NCBI GenBank assembly: GCA_040218735.1
Contig: JAVJQW010000006.1
Span: 128,001-192,000 of the forward strand
Source: Deltaproteobacteria bacterium
GTDB taxonomy: Bacteria > Myxococcota > Kuafuiibacteriia > Kuafuiibacteriales > Kuafuiibacteriaceae
Length of the DNA stretch: 64,000 nt
Direction of reading: 5' to 3'
The notes beneath the pieces are model-generated. The model was not told the origin of the DNA and ran no database searches. It saw nothing but the letters and a program-made list of their open reading frames with translations. Positions 55,627 through 64,000 of the stretch are shown here, in pieces; position 1 is the first letter of the stretch; each line of letters opens with the position of its first letter. Position numbers and translations under genes: made by a program.

Positions 55627-57350
55627 ATCGAAATCGAGCCCTTGCGGAAGTCCGACTTGCCGATGATCGCGTTGACGAGCACCGGGTGACCGGCGCGCGA
55701 GAGCTCGAGCGCCTTCTCGAGCGCGGCGTCGATCTCGTCGGGTGACTCGACGCGGATGCCCTTCGCGCCGCAGCCCTCCGCGACGGTCTGGTAGTCCATG
55801 TGCGTGAGCATGCACGCGACGTCGTCGCCGAGGGTCGGCGTCTGGTCGCGCTCGATCTGCGTCCAGCACGCGTCGTTGCCGATCACCGCGATCACCGGGA
55901 TGCCGTGGCGCGCGAAGGTGTCGAACTCCATGATCGAGAAGCCGGCGGCGCCGTCGCCCCAGAGGAGCCACACGTCCGAGTCGGGGCGCTGGGCCTTCGC
56001 GGCGAGCGCGAACCCGGCGCCGACGCCGAGCGTGCCGAACACGCCTGGGTCGAGCCAGCACAGCGGCTTCCTCGGGCTGAGCGTGTACGACGCGGTGGCG
56101 ATGAAGTCGCCGCCGTCGCCGATCAGCACGGCGTCGTCCGTGAGGTGACGATCGATCGCGCGGCACAGGGCGATCGGGTTGATGTTGCCGGTGTCGACCT
56201 TCTCGAACTCGTCGATCTCCGTCTCTCGCGCGGCCTCTCGCTGACGGAGTGTCTCGAACCAGGGCGCCCGCGTCGACGCGTCCTTCATGAGTCGCGCGAC
56301 GGACGTGAGCACGGTGACCGGCTCGGCGAGGATGCCGAGGTCCGGCTTTCGGTTCTTCTTGAGGTCCTCTTCGCTGAGGTTGATCGAGATGACCTTCGCG
56401 CGTGAGACGTGGCTGCCGTAGTCGAGGCGGAAGTCACACGGCACGCCGCAGAGCACGACGACGTCCGCTTCTTTGAGTGCGTTGCGCCGCTTGTGGCGCA
56501 TGAGCAGGTTGTGTTTCGCGCCGAGGAGCCCGCGCGCCATACCGGAGAGGTAGACCGGCGCGCCGATGCGCTCGATCGCCGTGATGAGCTCGTCGACGCG
56601 GTTGGGGTCGAGCATCGCCTGGCTGCCGATCACCATCAGCGGCTTCTTCGCGCCTTCGAGGAGCTTCATCGCCGCGCGCACGTCGTTGTTCGCGGGCGCG
56701 GTCGGCGCCGCGGGGGCGGGGGAGTGGATGACGGGGCCGTTGATCTCCGTGAAGAGGTTCGTGAGGTGGCCCTTGATGTAGAGGCTCGTCGCGTGGTCGA
56801 CGAGGTTCTTGTTCGACTTGTCGGTCTTGGCTTTGTACCAGCCCCGCACGGTGTCCTCGGCGTAGAGCAGATCGACGGCGAGCTCGACGAACACCGGGCC
56901 GGGGACGCCGGCGATCGCCTCTTCGAACGCCTTCTCCAACGCGGGGACGACTTCGCGCAGCGTGTTGGGTCGCGCCGCGTACTTCACGTGCGGCCCGATG
57001 AGCGCCATCTGATCGATGTCCTGAAGCGAGCCGCGACCGCGGAGCATCGTCGCGGTTGCACCGCCGATCAGCACCAGCGGCACCTGCGCGAGCTGCGCGT
57101 TCTTGATCGCGGTGATCGCGTTCGTCACGCCGGGGCCGGCCGTCACCGCGGCGACGCCGGGGACTCCGGTGAGGCGCGAGTAGGCGTCGGCGGCGAACAC
57201 GGCGTTCACCTCGTGGCGGGTGTCGATGACGCGGATGCCTCGCTTCTTGCTCTCCACGAGGATGGGGGAGATGTGCCCACCCACGAGGGTGAACAGGGCC
57301 TCGACCCCGTGTGATTTGAGGACCTCTGCGACGCGCTGACCACCGTCCAT
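55623..57350 (-). CDS. ThDP-dependent enzyme, acetolactate synthase-like/2-hydroxyacyl-CoA lyase (ILVBL/HACL2-like)
   Basis: [36 protein letters not shown]...GND ThDP motif; start ATG 57350. Confidence 0.88.
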   Translation of the reverse strand: MDGGQRVAEVLKSHGVEALFTLVGGHISPILVESKKRGIRVIDTRHEVNAVFAADAYSRLTGVPGVAAVTAGPGVTNAITAIKNAQLAQVPLVLIGGATATMLRGRGSLQDIDQMALIGPHVKYAARPNTLREVVPALEKAFEEAIAGVPGPVFVELAVDLLYAEDTVRGWYKAKTDKSNKNLVDHATSLYIKGHLTNLFTEINGPVIHSPAPAAPTAPANNDVRAAMKLLEGAKKPLMVIGSQAMLDPNRVDELITAIERIGAPVYLSGMARGLLGAKHNLLMRHKRRNALKEADVVVLCGVPCDFRLDYGSHVSRAKVISINLSEEDLKKNRKPDLGILAEPVTVLTSVARLMKDASTRAPWFETLRQREAARETEIDEFEKVDTGNINPIALCRAIDRHLTDDAVLIGDGGDFIATASYTLSPRKPLCWLDPGVFGTLGVGAGFALAAKAQRPDSDVWLLWGDGAAGFSIMEFDTFARHGIPVIAVIGNDACWTQIERDQTPTLGDDVACMLTHMDYQTVAEGCGAKGIRVESPDEIDAALEKALELSRAGHPVLVNAIIGKSDFRKGSISI

Positions 57351-57428
57351 ATGGGTCGTTTCGGTAGCACATCCGGGCGAGATTGGGGTCGTCTTGACGG
57401 CCTGGAAAAGGCACGTTACCCCGCCAAC

Positions 57429-58154
57429 ATGCTGGAGCTCGAAGAACACCTGTCGATCCGTGCGTTCCGTCTGGAGGCCAACTACACCTCCGCCCGCCTG
57501 AAGGCGTTGGAGGAGACGCGCGGGCTCGCCGGGGACTTCGAGGAGGCGGCGGACAAGTTTGCGCTGCTCGAGGACGAGCAGGCCCGGCTCGACATCCGCC
57601 GGATGCAGACCCAGGCCAGCGTCGAGACCGCGGACGACGCGTGGGACGACACGATGCTCGCGTTCCAGGGGCGCCTCCTCGAGAAGTCCGGCAACAGCGT
57701 CGACGCCGAGCTCTACCGCCGCTATTTCGCCGACATCCCGTCGCAGGTGACGCGCATGTCCTACGCCGCGGAGATCATGATCTCGGAGGACCTGGAGAAG
57801 GTCCTCGAGCACGAAGAGATCGAGGAGCTCGCCGCGTTCGCCGAAAAGCTCGGCGAGAAACGTCGGTCGCTCGAAGCGATCCTGCGGGAGCGCACCCGCC
57901 TCGAAGTCGACGAGGCACGCTTCGCGAACCGGGTGTCACTCGCGAAGGCCATCCTGAACAAACTCCGCCGCATCCTGTTCGCGAGCCTGGAAGAGGTCGC
58001 GCTGGCGAACGGCCGCGGGCGTGAGTGGTGCCTACGCTTCTATCACCGCGAAAACGTCGTGCTCGACGCGATCGATTCAGATGGCGTGGACAACCTGCCG
58101 TCGCTCCCCGCCGGGGACGACTACGAAGCGGACGCCCACGCAAACGGCGCTTGA
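57429..58154 (+). CDS. Hypothetical all-alpha/coiled-coil protein
   Basis: 241 aa, host-like codon usage, divergent from the ThDP enzyme. Confidence 0.7.
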   Translation: MLELEEHLSIRAFRLEANYTSARLKALEETRGLAGDFEEAADKFALLEDEQARLDIRRMQTQASVETADDAWDDTMLAFQGRLLEKSGNSVDAELYRRYFADIPSQVTRMSYAAEIMISEDLEKVLEHEEIEELAAFAEKLGEKRRSLEAILRERTRLEVDEARFANRVSLAKAILNKLRRILFASLEEVALANGRGREWCLRFYHRENVVLDAIDSDGVDNLPSLPAGDDYEADAHANGA

Positions 58155-58175
58155 ACGGCGCGTAGTCGGCGGCGC

Positions 58176-58988
58176 TCATCGCGAGCGCACGATTCGGCCG
58201 ATCACCGAACCGATCAAGACACGCCAGGACTCCTCGATCGCCGGCGAGAAGCGCGGGTCCAAACGACGCACCGATTCGACCAGCGCCTCGAGGTAGCGGT
58301 CGTGGAGCTGTTGCGTCACGGCCGCGGGGACGCGCTCGTAGCGCTCCGCCTGGCGCGTCAACGCGGCGAGGGCGTCGGGCTTGCCGTCGATCGCGTCGGC
58401 GGCGACCGAGAGCCAAAGTCCGAGCCGGTCGCGCTGTTGCTCCGGCGCGACGTTCGCGAAGTGCGCTCGGGCGGACGCCGAGCTCTCCATCAGGCGCCGA
58501 TGAAACTCCGGAACGAGGTCATCGCCGCAACGTAGGAGGCTCGCGCGGAAGGCCTCGCGCGGACGATCGACCTTGAGGATCTTCGATAGCTCGTGTTCGC
58601 CGACGCGGCCCTTGGCGTCGTTCACGAGGCCGACCCGCGCCACGAGGCGCGCGATGTCGGTGAGCGTGACGATACCGACGACCTTGCCGTCCTCTTCGAC
58701 GAACAGGCGGTGCAGCTTGCTGTCGGTCATCAGGCGCGCGGCGACGCGGACGGACACCGCGATGTCGACGGAGAAGACGAGCGGCGTCATCACCGCGGCG
58801 ACGGTCATCGCCTCGGACCGCATCATCAGGTCGCGGACCGAGACGACGCCGGTCAGCTCCCCGCTACGGTCCACTACGCCGAGCCCGCTCACGAGGTTCT
58901 CCTGCAACGCCTTCGAGGCCTCTTCGAGGCTCGCGGACTCGAGCACCGTGACCAGGTTGCGCTGGACGATGTTCGCCAGCGTATGCAC
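58176..58988 (-). CDS. CBS-pair + globin-like domain fusion protein
   Basis: Two CBS repeats (GVVSVRDL, GIVTLTDI); C-terminal 'SLLRC...EFHRRLMESS...HF...QQ...LVESVRRLDPRFS..IEESW' globin pattern. Confidence 0.75.
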   Translation of the reverse strand: MHTLANIVQRNLVTVLESASLEEASKALQENLVSGLGVVDRSGELTGVVSVRDLMMRSEAMTVAAVMTPLVFSVDIAVSVRVAARLMTDSKLHRLFVEEDGKVVGIVTLTDIARLVARVGLVNDAKGRVGEHELSKILKVDRPREAFRASLLRCGDDLVPEFHRRLMESSASARAHFANVAPEQQRDRLGLWLSVAADAIDGKPDALAALTRQAERYERVPAAVTQQLHDRYLEALVESVRRLDPRFSPAIEESWRVLIGSVIGRIVRSR

Positions 58989-59020
58989 GCACCCTTGAAT
59001 CGGCCGAATCGGCCCCGGGT

Positions 59021-59731
59021 TTAGTCGGGTTTTCGCTCGAAGCCCCGGGCGATCCAGTACGACTTCTTGGGTTTCTTCTCGAGGTTCAGGGTCACGTGGT
59101 CCCCCTCCTGCGAGTACCACGCGCCGATGTTGAGCTGCGAAGGTCGGTCGTTCGGATCCACCACGCCGTTCTTCGACTTCACGCGCGGGATGACCGTGAT
59201 GCGATCACCCTTCTTGATGCCCTTCACACCCGCGGGCACCTTCGACACCACGACGCTCACCATCACCAGCGGGAAGCGCGAGCGCGTCACGCCGGTGACC
59301 TTCCCCTCCAGACGACCGCTCGGCTTGCCGAGCACGTCGGAGAAGTCGGCGAGCTTGGTCGCGCGGATCGAGGAGCCCGAGCCCTCCTCGTCGTCGCCGC
59401 CGCCTTGAAGATCGGTGAGGAGCTGGTCGACGTCGTCCATCGTCCGGTCGACCTCGACGCCCTCGAGCGCCGCGAGCAGCTTCGCCTCCGCGACGCCCGA
59501 CACCAGCACCTTGCCGCCCTTCGCCTTGGCCTTGGCGCCTTTGACGTTCTTGGCGATCGCCGCGGCGACCTCGTTGGCGTCGTAGCCGTCCGCGACGACC
59601 AGCACCACCGACGAGCCGGCGGCGGACCAGGACTTCGCGACGCCCGGCTTGCCGCCGGCGTTCACGACCGGGTCGGCCAGAGCGACCGTCGAGACCAAGG
59701 ACAACGAGACGGAGAGGAGGAGGGCGCGCAT
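59021..59731 (-). CDS. Secreted Lys-rich protein, paralog of adjacent gene
   Basis: Signal peptide (ALA-D); aligns along its length with 59785-60498. Confidence 0.75.
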   Translation of the reverse strand: MRALLLSVSLSLVSTVALADPVVNAGGKPGVAKSWSAAGSSVVLVVADGYDANEVAAAIAKNVKGAKAKAKGGKVLVSGVAEAKLLAALEGVEVDRTMDDVDQLLTDLQGGGDDEEGSGSSIRATKLADFSDVLGKPSGRLEGKVTGVTRSRFPLVMVSVVVSKVPAGVKGIKKGDRITVIPRVKSKNGVVDPNDRPSQLNIGAWYSQEGDHVTLNLEKKPKKSYWIARGFERKPD

Positions 59732-59784
59732 CGGTACTTCCAAACTAACACCCGCGGCCGCGCGCCGCAGGGACGTGACGGCGA

Positions 59785-60498
59785 TCAGCGGCTGATGAGC
59801 TCGGCCTCGAAGCCGTTGCCCGTGGCCTTGCCGATCTTCACCTGAACCCGGTCCCCCTTCTCGAGGTACCAGGCGCCGAGGTTCGTGAGGGTGTCCTCGT
59901 CGGACAGGTCCGGCGCGCCGCCCTTCATCTTCAGCTTGGGCGTGAACGTCACCGTCTTGCCCTTGCGGACGTTCTTGCCGAGCGCCCCGATCGGTCCGCG
60001 CAGCACACGGACCATCACCTGCACGTTCGGGAACTTGCCGTTCTTCACCGCCTCGACCTTGCCCATCGCCACGGTCTTGCGGTCGCGGAAGGCCTTGTCC
60101 TGCTTCGCGGTCTTCTTCGCGCGCAGCGACGAGCCGGAGTCGGAGTCGTCGTCGCTCATCGCCGCCGCGGCGAGCTCGCCGAGGTCGTCGCCGCCGCCGC
60201 CGAGCTCCACCTCGGACAGCGCCTTGAGCAGCTCGTCCTGCGTCTTACCGATCACCAGGACCTTGCCGCCCGAGACCTTCGCCTTTACGCGGTCCACGTT
60301 CGACTGAATCGCCGACGCGACCTCGGAGGCGTCCGCGCCGTCCTTCACCGTCAGCGTGATCTTCTTCCCGGAGCCGCTCCACGCGGTGACCACGCCCGGG
60401 CTGGCCTTGCCGCCCGACATCGTGATCAACGGCTCGGCCAACGCCATCGACGTGCCGAGCGTGAGAGCCAACGTGAGCGCGAGTGTCGCCTTCTTCAT
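59785..60498 (-). CDS. Secreted Lys-rich protein, paralog of adjacent gene
   Basis: Signal peptide (ALA-E); shared GGKVLV, SGSS(I/L)RA, N(I/L)GAWY..GD motifs. Confidence 0.75.
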   Translation of the reverse strand: MKKATLALTLALTLGTSMALAEPLITMSGGKASPGVVTAWSGSGKKITLTVKDGADASEVASAIQSNVDRVKAKVSGGKVLVIGKTQDELLKALSEVELGGGGDDLGELAAAAMSDDDSDSGSSLRAKKTAKQDKAFRDRKTVAMGKVEAVKNGKFPNVQVMVRVLRGPIGALGKNVRKGKTVTFTPKLKMKGGAPDLSDEDTLTNLGAWYLEKGDRVQVKIGKATGNGFEAELISR

Positions 60499-60513
60499 CC
60501 CTGATCCCGTTTC

Positions 60514-61047
60514 CTATTTTCTGGCACCGCGCAAGATCGAGAAGCGCAGTGGTTTGAACGAAGCCCCTTCGCCGGAGCCCACCATCCAGATGCGAGCTCC
60601 GACGTGCCGATTCATCTTCTTGCCCCAACCCTCGGGCAACAGGTCCGCGCGGCCGTCGTCGTCGACGAACAGCAGGCGCTTCGTCCCGCCCATGTCCACC
60701 GACGCGATGACCCCCGTCCGCGGCACGACGCCCTTGCCGACGTCCACGATCTGGTACCGCTGCACCAACACGTGACGTCCGCGCGGGAGCCGCGGGTCGT
60801 TCAGCAGACCGAACGCGTCGATCTTCACCCCCGCCAACCGCGTGAGCTCCTCGCCGGTCTCGGAGTCGATGCCGTGCATCGTGTACTCCTCGCCGTCGTC
60901 CGCGACGAGGACCGCGCGGGACTTGCCGAGCTTGCCGCCGCTGACCTCGCGCACCTCGCCGCGCATCTGCACGGTCTTGGGGCGGGGCACCGCGGAGGCC
61001 GGGTGTCCGCTGAGCGCGGAGAGGAGGACGAGGGTCGTGAGCGCCAT
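60514..61047 (-). CDS. Exported hypothetical protein, possibly two OB-fold-like repeats
   Basis: Signal-like N-terminus; two similar halves (VLVADDGE / LFVDDDGR); AAAGG upstream. Confidence 0.65.
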   Translation of the reverse strand: MALTTLVLLSALSGHPASAVPRPKTVQMRGEVREVSGGKLGKSRAVLVADDGEEYTMHGIDSETGEELTRLAGVKIDAFGLLNDPRLPRGRHVLVQRYQIVDVGKGVVPRTGVIASVDMGGTKRLLFVDDDGRADLLPEGWGKKMNRHVGARIWMVGSGEGASFKPLRFSILRGARK

Positions 61048-61074
61048 GGGTTGCCTTTCGTTTCCTGTCGGACG

Positions 61075-62823
61075 TCAGCGGGTGGCCGGGATGGCGAGGA
61101 TGCCCATCTCGTAGTCTTCCGCCGGACCGCCCATCGCGGCCGTCACGACGCCCGAGGCGACGTTGATCGTCCGGATCTCCCCGCCGTTCGAGGGAATCGG
61201 AGTCTCCTCCGTCTCAAACGTGGAGGTGATGGGTCCATTGAATGGAATCGTTCCGCTGGACGCGGAGATCGAAGTGCGGAGATCGAGCCCACGCTGGAAG
61301 CCGGTGTACGCGTCCGTCTCGGGAGCCGCGAACGACGCCATCGTGTTGCAGCTGACGTCCTGGTAGCCGGCGCCGTCGATCGCCACCGCGACGTAGAAGT
61401 CACGCAGCCACGCGTCGAGGCTCCGCCCCGTCTTGGCGGCGGTGATCGTCTCCACGCTGGTGTCCGGCGACTGCACGATGCCGTTGATGAGCGCGATGCC
61501 GCCGTTGTCCGTGACGTCCGCCGGTCCGCTTCCGTAGGTCGCGCCGCCGCGCTGCTCGTAGAGGAAACGCAGGAAGAGGTGCGCCATGCCGCGCCGCTCG
61601 ATCGAGTCCGCCTCGAACTCCGACGTGTACACCAGCCCGAAGCCGGTGAGTGAGGTCGTGCCGATCTCGTTCATGTACGTCGACACGTTGCGGAACGAGT
61701 CCGCGCCGTAGCCTGCGACGTCCTCGGCGAACGTCGCGAGACCCTCGTCGAGCCACGCGGCCTCCGGCGAGGACTGCCGGTTGATGACCTTCGCGTAGTA
61801 GCTGATGAGGTGCTCGTACTCGTGCGCGATGGTGCCGCTGATCGAGTCGAGGTCGATCGCGCCGCCCGGAGGCTGCAGGTAGAGCAGGTCCGCGCCGTTG
61901 CTGGCGTCGTTCACCGCCGGGTCCTCGAGGTCGGTCGCCTGGAAGAACCCGACGATGTCCGCGTTGAAGTCCGCGATGCGCGAGGTGATGAAGAGGATCA
62001 CGACGCCGTTGTCGTCGAAGTCCTTGCCGGTCGCGTCGCGCGGCTCGCCGAAGAACTGGTGGTCGATCGGTGCGATGCGCTCCTCGAACCGCTTCGAGAG
62101 GGTCTCGATGTCCGCGTCGCTGACCGTGATCGCGTCGTCGGTGACGATCGCGCCGAACGCGCCGACCTTGCGCACCGTCGCGTCGACCAGCTCGAACTGC
62201 GTCGGGTTGTTCTGGTCGCGCCACTTGATCTGGAGCATCGACTGACAGAGCCGCTGCTGACCGTCGTCCACACACACGGAGTCACCCGCGCAGTACGGCG
62301 CCGTCGCCGCGCACTCCGTGTCCTGCCGGATCGCGTTCGGCGGGAGGATGTCCCGCCCGCGGATGCCGGTGGCGACCTCGCCGCGCGCCGGCACCGCGCC
62401 CTTCGCGTTCTCGCGGACGGTCTTCTCGGCGTTCAGCGCGCTCAGCCGCGCCGGGTCGACCGGCGCCTTGGGGCGGTCGTAGACGCGCGCCTTTTGGCCG
62501 CCGAGGCCCCCCGCCGTGCCCTTGGTGAAGGCGATGTTGGGGTTGTCGTTCTCGAACAGCACCGAGGAGACGTAGGACACCACGATCCAGTCGTTCGCCG
62601 TGTCGGCGGACAGCTCGACCGTGCCCACGGCCTTGGTCCCGGTGGTGGTGTTACACGCGGCGTCGGTGCAGGTCGCCTGCACGATCGGGAGCTGCGCGGG
62701 GCAGTTCGGGTTCGTCCCGCCGTCGGTGTCCCCGTCGTCGTCGCCGAGGGTGCCGCCCTCACAGGCGGTCAGGGCGACGAAGGGGAGGGTGAGGAGGAGG
62801 CGGCGCGGTCGAAAAAGGGACAT
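61075..62823 (-). CDS. Zinc metallopeptidase lipoprotein (gluzincin, M30-like)
   Basis: Lipobox LTAC; TIAHEYEHLI followed by WLDEGLA; start ATG 62823 with GAGAGG RBS. Confidence 0.78.
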   Translation of the reverse strand: MSLFRPRRLLLTLPFVALTACEGGTLGDDDGDTDGGTNPNCPAQLPIVQATCTDAACNTTTGTKAVGTVELSADTANDWIVVSYVSSVLFENDNPNIAFTKGTAGGLGGQKARVYDRPKAPVDPARLSALNAEKTVRENAKGAVPARGEVATGIRGRDILPPNAIRQDTECAATAPYCAGDSVCVDDGQQRLCQSMLQIKWRDQNNPTQFELVDATVRKVGAFGAIVTDDAITVSDADIETLSKRFEERIAPIDHQFFGEPRDATGKDFDDNGVVILFITSRIADFNADIVGFFQATDLEDPAVNDASNGADLLYLQPPGGAIDLDSISGTIAHEYEHLISYYAKVINRQSSPEAAWLDEGLATFAEDVAGYGADSFRNVSTYMNEIGTTSLTGFGLVYTSEFEADSIERRGMAHLFLRFLYEQRGGATYGSGPADVTDNGGIALINGIVQSPDTSVETITAAKTGRSLDAWLRDFYVAVAIDGAGYQDVSCNTMASFAAPETDAYTGFQRGLDLRTSISASSGTIPFNGPITSTFETEETPIPSNGGEIRTINVASGVVTAAMGGPAEDYEMGILAIPATR

Positions 62824-62961
62824 GAACAAACCTCTCGTTCTCGGCCTTGGACGGACCAGGCCGGCTGACATTCACACGCGACCGATGAGCCGTCAACGCG
62901 ACCCATCGCGCGATTCGCGGCCAAATCCGACGACCTCTGATAGGCTCGATGGCCTCCACGA

Positions 62962-64000
62962 ATGCCGATGGACGGAGCCATCGCGCCGGTCCCGGATCCG
63001 TCGCCGAAGAAGAAGAAGAAGCGCTCCGTGAAGAAGCGCGTCGCGCTGTGGACGCTCGTCCTTCCTTGGATCGTCCTCGCGCTGCTGATCGCTCTCATCT
63101 TCGCGTTGCCGTTCATCGTCTCGCCGGAGCGCCTCCGGAAACAGGTCGTGACTGCGCTCACCGACACGCTCGGCGTGCCGGTCCGCATCGGCCACCTCGA
63201 CTACCACCCGACCACCGGCTTCGAAGCCTTCGACGTCGTCGTCGGCCCTCCGCCCGGCTTCGACCGCGACGTCTTCACGGCGCACCGTATCGCGGCGCGC
63301 TACAGCCTCACGGACATCGCGTCGCAGCACCTCGTCGTGAAGGAGCTCGCCGTCGAAGATCCGCACTTCGTCATCGAGACCAAGGACGGCCAGCGCAACG
63401 TCGATGCGATCCTCGCGCACCTGAACGCCGGCGCGACGCCCGAGGCGCCGAAGGACGACGAACCTTCGGCGCCGCTGTCCGGGCGCCTCTCGCCGATCGA
63501 CGTCGACGTGAAGAAGCTCGTCGTCGGCCCGCTCGAAGTGGAGCTCGTCGGCGAAGGCCCGACGGCTCACCTGAAGGGCGTCGCGCTCACGGGGTCGGCG
63601 CGCATCGACGACAACATCGTCGCGGACCTCCAGCTCGCGGCCGACGCGAAGGGCGCGCCCAACGTCGAAGCGCACGTGCCCGGCCCGCCCGCGGTCGACG
63701 TCGCGACCCAGCTCGACGCGACCGTCGGCCTTCGCGTCGAAGCGGGCGCCGCCGACGGGTTGTCACTCCGCCTCGTGAAGGTCGACGGCAAGCTCGACAC
63801 GAACAACGACGTGACCTTCGGCGACAAGGGCCGCCTCGAGCCCGCCGCGATCCGCGCCGCGCTGGGGCTCGACGTCGATGCGAAGTCTGACCGCATTCGA
63901 CTCACCTCCACGCTCGGTTACGAAGCGCACTCCCTCCTCGACGCCGAGGTTCGGGTCGACGGTCTCACGCAGACGTTGGTGCAGCTCCTCGGTGACGTCC
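62962..64000 (+). CDS. AsmA/TamB-like protein, N-terminal part (runs off window)
   Basis: Open frame to window end; Lys-rich N-terminus + TM, then 'LGVPVRIGHLDY...VKELAVEDPHFVIE..DGQRNV' AsmA-type N-domain; absent from the ORF track because no stop. Confidence 0.7.
   Translation, partial: MPMDGAIAPVPDPSPKKKKKRSVKKRVALWTLVLPWIVLALLIALIFALPFIVSPERLRKQVVTALTDTLGVPVRIGHLDYHPTTGFEAFDVVVGPPPGFDRDVFTAHRIAARYSLTDIASQHLVVKELAVEDPHFVIETKDGQRNVDAILAHLNAGATPEAPKDDEPSAPLSGRLSPIDVDVKKLVVGPLEVELVGEGPTAHLKGVALTGSARIDDNIVADLQLAADAKGAPNVEAHVPGPPAVDVATQLDATVGLRVEAGAADGLSLRLVKVDGKLDTNNDVTFGDKGRLEPAAIRAALGLDVDAKSDRIRLTSTLGYEAHSLLDAEVRVDGLTQTLVQLLGDV

Noticed and set aside
55623-57812. 729-aa N-terminally extended ThDP enzyme
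   Set aside because: Homology begins at MDGGQRV (57350); the extension overlaps the divergent gene

Overview
High-GC bacterial chromosomal window, most likely Myxococcota/Deltaproteobacteria-like (inferred from PEGA proteins, DAG-repeat lipoproteins, Ser/Thr-kinase fold, many lipoproteins). A housekeeping core (pyrF, rlmB, tRNA-Thr/Tyr/Gly/Thr/Trp, secE, nusG, rplKAJL, rpoBC; 21.4-36.6 kb) lacks tuf and rpmG, has an extra ORF between nusG and rplK, and carries two inverted heptamer-repeat elements. Left flank: pspA, a HEAT protein plus a degenerate HD-GYP protein, glpD, a pseudokinase, a DUF1318-like lipoprotein with a 2790-aa propeller/TPR/double-CHAT lipoprotein, and an MBOAT gene interrupted by an in-frame TGA. 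Right flank: an ECF41 module with its consensus promoter, then the best candidate for a new system, a co-oriented cassette TPR-CHAT lipoprotein / zf-HC2 anti-sigma / S8 subtilase lipoprotein / ECF sigma / lipoprotein SpvB-FG-GAP-RHS protein. An identically spaced motif (AAAAAA-N14-TGGYTA) lies upstream of both the cassette and the RHS gene. Further right: PAS hybrid kinase, SDR, HACL2/ILVBL-like enzyme, a CBS-globin fusion with proximal His replaced by Tyr, secreted paralogs with an HEXXH lipoprotein, and an AsmA-like gene running off the end. No CRISPR array, rRNA or transposase was seen. All family calls are from motif reading only; no database searches were run.
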